A DNA stretch of 32,140 nucleotides from Welwitschia mirabilis (lineage: Eukaryota). Below are positions 22,780-32,140 of this stretch, piece after piece. Position numbers and translations under genes: made by a program. A model generated the notes under the pieces. It was not told the DNA's origin and searched no databases. It saw only the letters and a program-made list of their open reading frames with translations. Positions within the stretch are counted from its first letter, which is position 1. Each line of letters opens with the position of its first letter. The stretch covers positions 45,676,921 through 45,709,060 of the forward strand of contig JBOZIK010000001.1 in NCBI GenBank assembly GCA_051453625.1. The letters run 5' to 3'.

Positions 22780-24660
22780 GCACTAGAAGGAGGACTATCC
22801 TAAAGCCAATTAGTAGAGATGAAGAAGTCTATAATCTAATAGGATAGTCAAGGTAAATAACAAGATGAGAGAAGTGTATTTGTTAAAAACGCTGACAAAT
22901 ATGATTCAGATGAGAAAACTAGAAGTAGAATTAAAATAGAGAGAAACGAAAGATCTTATTATTAATAAAATCATTGTTAGAAAGAATATAAAAGAACAAA
23001 TATTTTTTAAATTAATAAGTGAAATAGAATAGTAATTGATTAGTCTTCTCAAATCATCTATCACTCAAGAAGAATCTTCCCAAATAGCTAGGATAAATAA
23101 ACTTGAAAATAAATTTATAGTAGGATTTTATTAGGAAGATGATGAAGATTCAAGACCTTTGAATTATGAAACTCATAAGATAAAATATTTATGTTCTTTT
23201 AATTCTATAGACTTAAAACACCCATAAAAAGTGAGTAATAAAAATATAATGTTAATAATTACTTGTAAGGTAAAAAATCAAAATAACCTCTACTGCATTT
23301 TAGTCCATTTGATGCCTTCTGCAAAGCAAATTATTTTGATCCAGAATCTAATTTTATAACATACTTTTCTTTTTATTTAAAAGAGGATTCTTAGTTATGG
23401 TATTATAAAAATCTTAATCGTTCTTTTATTCATAGGTAACTCTTACGGATGCTTTTTTCGCTAAACTTCAATCCATAAGGATAGATGAAGATTTAAAAGA
23501 ATAAATTTTGAATATTAAACAAAAGATAATGAATGGTTTGATAAGTTCATGGATAGATATAATATATTATTATCTAAATGTTATAACTATGAAATTATAG
23601 CTAGTAAACAAGTTAGAGCTTTACTTAGAGGATTATAGAATCAAACTTTTAAAGATTTAGACTTACTATGTAGAGGAAGCATGAAGACAAGGAATGTTTA
23701 AGAGGTAAAAGAAGTTATTACTTAGTTTTATAACATGATTTAAGGATGAAAATAAGAGAATAAAAAGAAGAAAATAATAAATGAAGTACTTACCTCAAAA
23801 GTAGATCATAGTGTATATAGTTCAAAGTATATTAGTCTTATGGAAGAAGTAGCTAAAAAGTGACTAATAGTATAATAGAAAAATTTGATCATTTAGTTGT
23901 ACAACACTTTAAAGAGGAAGAACTATATGTAAATACTGTGAAGAAGATAATTATGAAGGAAGAGAGTATTCCTAGATGTAGAAATTTGTTCATTTATTAG
24001 ATATTTATAGAGTACATTTACATATAGGAAATTCATCTCAAGCAAGAAAAAAACCATTTTCTTATCAAAGTAGAAAATGGAAAGTTAGTTAAAAAAGAGC
24101 CTTTACAAAACTATGTAAATTATAAAAGGTAATAACAATATGATTGTTATAGGAATTGAAGAAATATATATTCAAAAAATATAAAAGAAAAATTAGAGGT
24201 AGAGAAGAAAGAAGGAAAAATTCCTACTCAACTTCAATCAAATCCAAGGGAAGCAATAAGTAAAGCAGTAACTACTAGATCTAGAAAACAAATAGTAACA
24301 GATGAAGAAAAAGAAAAGAAAAGAATGAATAGCTCTTCAATTGATGAAGGAATAAATACAGGAAAAAAAGCAGTATTTAATATGTTAGCAGATTCTTTAC
24401 TTTTCAAATAAGAAGTAAACAAATAGAACATCCAAAAATTGAAAAGGACATAGAATATTTAATATAAATTTTAGAAGATACAATAATATTATTACCTCTT
24501 TTAAAATTACTAAAATATGTACCTATGTATTAGAAGTAAATGAAGAATGGGTGCTTCAAAAAAAGGTATAAAAGAAAAAGTAAGAAGAAAAAACAAATTG
24601 ACATAGTTAGGAAAGATCAAGTTTCTTAGTCTTCCACCCAAGTTCTTCAAAATAAACAAC
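22780..24660 (+). pseudogene. gag: Athila-like gag relic (element A)
   Basis: NNLYCILVHFDAFCKANYF...YFSFYLKEDS*LWYYKNL...ILNIKQKDNEWFDKFMDRYN (gag core, about 23280-23565), and the later motif LEDTIILLPLLKLLKYVPMY (cf. INIPLxEALxQMPxY). Confidence 0.75.
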
Positions 24661-24669
24661 ATAAAAAGT

Positions 24670-27039
24670 ACATTAACTGAGGAATACCTATAATAAACAT
24701 AAAAATTAATGGGAATCTTAAAATAGAATCACTTATGAATCTATGAGTTATTGTTAATGTGATGGCATATGAGACTTATGAGGAATTGGAAAAGCTAAAA
24801 TTGATACCTTACCAAGAAAAAGTGTATTTGGTAGATGGTTTAACAATAACACCAGAAGGATTTCTAAAGGATATATCCATTAAACTCTAGAATTTATCTA
24901 CTTGGGTAAATTCTTTAGTAATGAAGACTCAGTGAGATACCCAATAGTAACTTGAGGAAGACATTAAATAGCTATTGTAGATGCTACTATTTATTCAAGA
25001 AAAATGGGTAATGGATGTCATTTTAGAAGATCTTAAGAAAGAGATCAAGTTATCTGATGCAGTGGTTGTAAATGAGATGACATATAATACCAAAGCTAGA
25101 ACCAATACAATTTTGATAAAAGATGTCAATATGATGTTAAATAATCAAAATAAATAAAAGTATGAAGAAGAATGTTTGACATTTCAAAAAGTAGTAAAGC
25201 CTCCACTTAAGAAAGTATTCGAGTATACTGAAGTAGCTCCAAATCTACCTTTGATTATAAATAGTTCTTTAACTCATTCTCAAAAAAGGAAGCTTAAAAG
25301 AATGCTAATAAGAAAAAAAGAAGCTTCTCCTTGGAATCATACTAATATTAAGAAATAGATCTGAAATTACATCAACATAGAATTTATTTAAATAGTTCTT
25401 TAAATCAAACAGCTAGCTAGAAAGAAGATGTAATCCACATATGTAGAAGTTTTAGAAAGAGTATTTTGACATCAGTACTATAGATTTCTTGATGAACATA
25501 ATGGATATAATTAGGTTCTAATAGCTTTGGAGGATTAAGATAAGATAACATTTACTTATCATTGGTTTACTTATGCCTATAAAATATTACCATTCAAGTT
25601 ATGTAATGCTCCTATTACCTTTCAAAGATTAGTAAATACTATCTTTCAAGATATGATAAGAAGATATATTAAAGTATTAATGGATTATTTCTCAACTTTT
25701 GAAAATAATCTTGATAAATCACTTAGTAGATTGAAAAGACTTTTAGAAAGATGTGAAAGAAATGCATGAAACTTAGCTAGTTAAAAATTCATCTTATAGT
25801 AATGAAAGGCATATATTTAGGATATAAAATATCTAAAAAAGGGATTAAGATTGATGAAGAAAAAATTAAATTTACAAAAAATATTTTAACCCCAACCAAA
25901 CTAAGATAAATAAGAGATTTATTGGGGCATGTTAGATATTATTAAAGATTTACATCTAACTTTAGTAAAATTGCTAAGGCTCTGAATAACCTTTTATAGA
26001 AGGATGTGGAGTACAATTGGACTAATAAATGTCAAAGTACCTACCAAACTTTAAAAGATAAACATTTATTAGCACCTATTTTATAAGAACTTAGTTGGAC
26101 AAGACCATTCCAAATTATGACTAATGCATCTAGTCATGCCATGGGAGCTATTTTGAGGCAAAAATATGAAAACAATAAATCATATGATATTGCTTACATT
26201 AGTAAAAACTTTAAACCAACCCAATAAAATTACACAGTAACTGAGAAAGAGGTGTTAGCACTAGTGAGGGTGTTATAAAAGTTTAGATATTATATTTTAT
26301 ATTACAAAATGAAAGTGCATATAGACCATAGTGCTCTTAGATTTTTAATGAATAAAGAAGAGTATAATTCATGAATTATGAGAGGGGTATTATTAATGCA
26401 ATAATTTAAAGTATTAATAAAAGAAGGATAAAAAATGTAGTAGCAAATCATTTTTCAAGATTAGAATTTCTTGATGAAGAATAAATAAATATAAAAGATG
26501 AATTTCTAGATGAACATCTCTTTCAAGCAAAAACTAGTTCATGGTATTTTGATATAGCAAATTTCATTACAAGTAAGAAATTACCATTTTTTATGAATTA
26601 TTATGAAAGAAAAATATTATTAAGGAAATCTAGAGACTACATATGACATGATAATATGTTATTTATAAGATGTAAATATCATGTTATTAGAAGATGTATA
26701 GAAAAAATTAGTAGAAAGAAATTATTAAGGAAGCTCATGAGGGAGAAGGAGGAGAAAATGATGGTGTAAGAAGAATGGAAATAAAAATTCTTCATATGAG
26801 ATATTATTGGCCCACAATATTCAAAATTCAAATGCTTATGTCAAGAGTTATGATAAGTCTCAAAAAGGGGAAGCATTTAATAAAAAATTAGAAATGCTAT
26901 AATAATGAATTTAGTTAATTAAATCCTTTGATGTCTGGAAAATATATTTTATTAGACATGTGAATCCTTCTTATATAAGAAAAAAGATATTTTGGTATAC
27001 ATTAATTACTTCACTAAGTGGACTGAGGTTGAGGTTATA
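24670..27039 (+). pseudogene. pol: Athila-like pol relic (PR-RT-RH-partial INT), element A, interrupted in integrase
   Basis: PR: LMNL*VIVNVM (cf. LCDLGASVNVM). RT: FLDEHNGYN*V, LPFKLCNAPITFQR, KVLMDYFS (25671-25694, cf. VFMDDFS), FIGHVRYY. RH: PFQIMTNASSHAMGAIL, NYTVTEKEVLALV. INT: AHEGEGG...YYWPTIFK...ILVYINYFTKWTEVE. Domain order is gypsy-type. Confidence 0.95.
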
Positions 27040-28551
27040 TGATGCACTACCAAATTGTATGTATTTGATGGGGTGTTATGAGTTATTTTGTAGGACATTT
27101 ATACAAGTTTTGATGCAATTTTGAGAATTATAAAGAGTTGATGGATGATCATAAAAATGTGCAATTCTAGACATGTTTAGAGGCTTTTTAGCTACTTTCT
27201 GATGCTTGGCACCTTAGAGGAAGATCACTACTGTAAAAGAAAGACTTCTCTTAGGTTGAAAAGATAAGGAGAAAGATCGTCCCTATGATAAGTAGGATGA
27301 CAACCATTTACAAGCCAAATTGGATGTTGACATGGACTAATGTGGACTAGAGTAGGAACCAATGTAGTAAAGGTTTTGTCCTTTAGGTCATCCCCACAAC
27401 ATGAAGAATGATAAATGATAATGCATGTACCATCATCCTCTTTGTTATCCCCATGATAGCCAGGACAACAGTTAAAATTACTAGATCACTTTCTTTCATT
27501 TAATTTGTTTCTTTCCCTGATTTGAGTGTTTTTTTAAGTGCATTTTATGTGATGATTTTATTTTCTTTATCTTATAAATAAAATTGTGGCCTTCTTCATC
27601 TCTCCTGTCAATCTTCAATGCACCAAACATTCTCATGAAAAGGATCTAAGGGTAGGAGATCCATCTTGTGAGTTATAGAAAGATGTTCCCTTGGTGAAGG
27701 ACTATTCATCCTTCATTAAGGCTTAGGTATTTTGCAAGCTAGATGCTGGTTTGATTTTTAATATAAAACTTTATTTCTTTGTTGTACATTTATACTATTA
27801 ATTTTCCTTATGGTTTATGTTGTTATTAATTTAGAAACAATCTCATTAATGATATAGGTATTAAGGATAAACTTTGTTAAGGTTGACAAAAATAGTTTAG
27901 ATAAATTTGACATTACATTTAATCAACTCACTTGATAGTTAACATTGGTCTCGATTGGTTTTAATCTCCTTGGTTGATTTATATTATATAGGACTGATCT
28001 TCCTGATAAATCCATCTAGTAATCAAATAGGTTTTTATTTAGATTAAGTTATATTTGCATTATATTGCATAATTATTTTTGTACATTCTTCCTAAGTTTT
28101 GATTACCGAATTCTCTTCAAAAATTAATTCTCCTTCTCTCACATGCCTTCAATGGATTTATGACATTTAGATCACTCCCATCTATACTAGAGTATCATAT
28201 TTTGCAATTTATATTTCAATTAACAAGTTTTAGTAAGACATAAAGGATTATAAAAATACATACCACAAGGGTTGATCTTCCTAATAAATCAATTAAATAA
28301 TCGAATAGATGTTTATTTAGATTAAGTCACATTTGCATTGCATTACATAGTTATTTTCCTACATTATTCCTAAGTTTTAATTATCTTATTCTCTTCAAAA
28401 ATTAATTTTCCTTCTTCTCTCGCATGCCTTCAATGGGTTTATAACATTTGGGTCACTTCCATCTATACTATAACATTGCATTTTATAATATATATTTTGA
28501 TTGATAGGTTTTAGTAAGACATAAAGGATTACAAAAATATGCACCATAACA
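27040..28551 (+). mobile_element. Athila-like 5' LTR, copy L4 (element B; 1512 bp including an internal duplication)
   Basis: TGATGCACTACCAAATTGTATGTATTTGAT...GCACCATAACA, followed by a PBS. Begins exactly where integrase homology stops. Confidence 0.9.
27991..28551 (+). repeat. Diverged 278-bp tandem duplication of the LTR 3' (U5) end
   Basis: 27991-28268 and 28269-28549 align throughout (GATCTTCCT, TTATTTAGATTAAGT, CTCTTCAAAAATTAATT, TTTTAGTAAGACATAAAGGATTA). Confidence 0.95.
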
Positions 28552-28554
28552 TAT

Positions 28555-28570
28555 TGGCACTGTTGTTGAG
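28555..28570 (+). promoter_or_regulatory. Decayed PBS complementary to tRNA-Asp
   Basis: TGGCACTGTTGTTGAG vs Athila-type TGGCGCCGTTGCCGGG: 11/16 identical, all 5 differences C>T or G>A. Lies 3 nt after the LTR CA. Confidence 0.8.
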
Positions 28571-29013
28571 AAAGGCTACTAAGGAGGATGAGGATTGTCA
28601 TTACTCAGGTGAGTAAATCAGATTTCAGTTTAGATATTTATCTATAGTGATGTTATACTTTTATTTAGGAATTGTAGGTTTTTAGTTTATGGTTTTTTGT
28701 TTTTCTTAGTATTTTCAATAATAGTTTATCATCCTCTCTATCGTTCCCGTGACATTGAGAATGATAACACAGATTTATTGCTATTTATTTTTAGTCTTTA
28801 AATTTTCTTTTCTATTTCTTTAGTAATAGAAAAATAATTATTATCTTATTTATTATCCCCATGATAAGTTGGACAATATCCTCTATGTTTATTTTTGACT
28901 TTCTGCTAATTTTCTACTTTCTATTTTAGCTTTTTATTTTCCTCATCCCCTATGTTGTCCCCATGACTAGAAGAATGATTGTTAGTTATTTTTTATTATT
29001 TTCTATTCATAGG

Positions 29014-30856
29014 ATGTTTTAAGATGATCAATCTAGAAAAGAAATATAAAAAATAAAGGCTACTAATAGAAGAAAACATAAGAGAAGGACTAGTCGACTT
29101 TGAAATCAAATCAGAAACATAATACCCAAGTGTACACAATATTCCTTCTGAGAATTTAATTCTATAAAAGAAAAATTTTCAGAAAGTACTTTAAAAGAAG
29201 AGACTTTTAAGATGTCGAACATTATGAACCTCACTCTTAAAGAACCAATAACTAATAGAAAATGGAAAATTTAAACTCCTTTAGATTTACCCCTAAGAAA
29301 TGATGTTGAATTAAAGAATTCAAATGCCTATCCTATTTTTAGTAGTGTATACAATGGGGATCCCTTCCAAAACATCATAGACATTGAATAGTTAGTCCTT
29401 ACCTATGGAAACATGAAGAAAAAGATTAATGATCATACCTATATGGTTATTTTTCATTATATTAAAAGAAAAGTCCCCACAAGAGCCTAAAAACTGAGAA
29501 TCAAGTCTAGGAAGCTTTTATTAAAAGATTTATGAGTGAAGAAACTATTAGGAAAATTAAAAAAAAGAAGTAAAAAATTTTCAACACCAACTAAACGAGG
29601 ATTATGCTTCCACATATGAATGCTTCTTCATTGCTATTCCCTCTAATCCAATAGAGACTTTCACATAAGAAGATATAGTTGACTACTTTTATAGTGGGCT
29701 AAACTGCCAAATGAAATAACTTATAGATTTCTCTTATGATGGAAACCTAATAAATCTTACATTAGAAAATGCCTAAAAACATTAAAAGAACTTGTAGAGG
29801 TGAGTCAAACTTTGCCAAAATTGAGAGATAACCACACTATAGGACAAATCATCAAGGATTTGAAAGAGTTAAAATAAGAAAAAGAGGTATACAAAATGGA
29901 AGGCAACCCTACAAATTTGATTAAAGAATTTACAACAACTTTGGATAAATACAATGAGATGATTTTAGACATTGAATCAACAACTAAAAAGAGTGTTATG
30001 CCAACATATGACTTATAAAAGGACAACTATTACATAGCCAAGAATTGTCCACTATTTCCAACATACAAGGGGAAAATATATAAAGAAGTTTATGTTTTCA
30101 ACAAAAAAATTTTAAACTTTTAAAATTAAAATCAAAACTAGTTACAACCTAGGATGAATATGAAAACATTTGAGAATAATTTAAAAATTTTTAAATTAAT
30201 TTTTAACCTTTCAAAAATCAATTTAGAAATAAAAATTTTAACTAAATTTATCAAACTATAAACATTAAGATGATCCACTTCAAAACTCTATAGATGAACT
30301 TAGGAAATCATAAGAAAGAATAAATACCAACATTGAAAAGATAAATGCCAACATTGAAAACTTAGTAAATGTCCTTCAACAAACCATGTTGGCAAATCAA
30401 AGATTATAATGATTATTAATAACACAACCTTTATCAAATCCCAATAAATAAGAAAAGATTGTAAGGTGGTAACACAAAATAGTCATGAAGCAAACCCTTC
30501 TCCTTATAAAGCATTAAACTTCCAAAACAATATTAAGGATGAGGAGGAAGAAGAGGACATCGAAATACTAGAAAAATATAGGTTTCTTTCTCTTAGAAAA
30601 AGTAAAAAGAAAAATTCTTCATAATAAATAGAAAAGAAACTAGCTACCCCTTGTTTTAGTAGGCTTAACACTAATTCAAATTTTAATAAAAATCTCAAAA
30701 CCTTAATATAAAATGTGAGCATAAACCTACCATTCTGGAAACTTTTTCAAGAAAACCCAAAGTAGTTAAAGCTATGAAAAGATTTAATAATAAGAAAATA
30801 AAATGAATTATTCCTAGCAAAGTATTTTTAGCTCATGTTTTTACAAACTTACTGTT
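29014..30856 (+). pseudogene. gag: Athila-like gag relic (element B), interrupted just before protease
   Basis: PIFSSVYNGDPFQNI...EAFIKRF...NFQHQLNEDYASTYECF...DYFYSGLNCQMK*LIDFSYDGNL...LKELVE; decayed zinc knuckle YDL*KDNYYIAKNCP; VSINLPFWKLFQENPK. Confidence 0.9.
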
Positions 30857-31890
30857 TGTTGCGGTGTGTATTTGTGCAAGTTTTTACATTGAAAGAGATC
30901 CTGTTATTTATAACCAAAATAGATATCTTACACAACACATCATACTAGTATAAGTAGGAGTAGACTTGAAATGGCATATTCATGTTGAAGTTTATGAGTA
31001 TGAGACTTAGGTTGCTTTGCAAAAGAATTCTAGGAACAAGAAATAACTAACAAATGAAAATAAATAAAGTACAAGGAATAATGCAAGATGCAACTATTCT
31101 AAATGTAAATGCAAAATGAATTAATCACTACTTACTTTTAGCCTTAACAAAGGCTGCCATTAATGATCTATGTCATCTAAGAAATTGTCACCAGATCAAG
31201 GGTAATTATAAACCACAAGGGTAATTAGAAAACCTAAGATGCAAACATGAAAAGAAAACCAAGTTTTATATTAAAAGAGTAACAACATATGGATTACAAA
31301 ACAGTTGGGTTTTAATGGAGGAAACACAACCTTCCACTAAGTGCATATCTTTTTGCAACACATGCAGATGGATCTTTTGCCCTTTAACCTCTTGTAACGA
31401 GGATTTCTAATGCAATGAAGATGATAAGAAGAGTCGAAGGGGAACTTATTTATAAGAAAATATAGCATAAAAGGATAAAGGGTAGGTGCGGTTAGGTACA
31501 CTCATTTACAAATAAAAAATGGGCAAAATGTTTACGGGTCACTATCAAAGTCAATTATATGTTAATGTCATCCAGACCATTGTATGGATGACAAGGGAGG
31601 TAATTGTACATTATAAAATATTCCTAAAATCATGACTTAGTAGTCCACATCAGTTGTCATCTTTTCTCATTTTGTTGAAGAGAGCTTTAGCGTTTTTGTC
31701 ATTAATCCTTGTTCAAAGCTCTATGAATCAGAAAGTGCTTTTAATACATACAATTTAGATAAGAATCATAATTTTCTGAGATTTCCTCTTATATCTCCAA
31801 AATCCTTAGAATTACACCTAAACCTTTATAAAAGTCCTACAAAACAACTCATAAAACCCTACCAAATAATTGTAAATTGGTAGCGAAACA
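30857..31890 (-). mobile_element. Athila-like 3' LTR, copy L5 (element C, about 1034 bp), inverted inside gag of element B
   Basis: Minus strand TGTTTCGCTACC...TACACACCGCAACA. Homologous to 3609-4644; PPT adjacent. Confidence 0.9.
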
Positions 31891-32140
31891 TAGCCCCGCA
31901 CTTAGCCTTTATCAGTCCCTGACAAAGACCAGGTGGAAAAACTATAATTGTGAGCCAATTTGTTTTTTAAAAGATAAATCTAGAAGTTTATAAAATAGGT
32001 TCATAAATACATCACATGGATAGATAACAACTAATGCATAATGTGTATGAAAATTTTGAAAATTTTATGTAATGAAATATCAGAATTAAGTTGAAAATTT
32101 TTTAAAAATGAGCCACGAAAATGGGTCTCTGCCCCCCCTG
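31891..32140 (-). mobile_element. PPT (31891-31919) and 3' internal region of element C, continuing beyond the window
   Basis: Minus strand GGGACTGATAAAGGCTAAGTGCGGGGCTA-TG; homologous to 3360-3608. Confidence 0.85.

Noticed and set aside
20502..28551. L3 and L4 as paired LTRs around gag-pol A
   Set aside because: L4 interrupts integrase, lacks a PPT, and is followed by its own PBS and gag.
3098..30722. Short hydrophobic ORFs (e.g. 3098-3388, 16975-17193, 20918-21145, 24234-24431, 29805-30026, 30504-30722) as membrane proteins
   Set aside because: F/L/I-rich shadows of T-rich strands antisense to K/E-rich retroelement coding relics, or lying inside LTRs; no independent support.
1..32140. 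Species assignment and any intact functional gene
   Set aside because: Athila-, Tat/Ogre- and SIRE-like lineages indicate a land plant but not a species. Every recognisable coding region has multiple stops or frameshifts.

Overview
AT-rich eukaryotic DNA, most consistent with land-plant heterochromatin or intergenic space, containing three N-gaps. I find no intact host gene, RNA gene or CRISPR array. The window is a mosaic of old, stop-riddled, nested LTR retrotransposons. (1) Five copies of one Athila-like Ty3/gypsy LTR family: 1446-1936(-), 3609-4644(+), 20502-21745(+), 27040-28551(+) and 30857-31890(-). Three have a polypurine tract (PPT) next to them, one has a decayed tRNA-Asp primer-binding site (PBS), and one has neither. 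(2) An Athila-like gag-PR-RT-RH-INT (about 22780-27039) cut inside integrase by a second element, whose gag is cut by a third. (3) An Ogre/Tat-type gag-protease (about 7250-9720, -) with no RT/RH/INT, facing an antisense, possibly plant-mobile-domain (PMD)-like plus coiled-coil ORF relic. (4) A Sirevirus-like Ty1/copia RT/RNase H fragment and LTR fragment. (5) Two diverged copies of an unidentified ORF relic. (6) An env-like extra ORF relic. (7) Several short tandem arrays. I see no convincing wholly new biological system. The best leads are the PMD-like/gag-PR-only element, the unidentified duplicated ORF, a U5 duplication ending 2 nt short of the LTR terminus, and retrovirus-like splice signals. 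All protein calls come from by-eye translation and motif recall, not database searches; internal boundaries are approximate.
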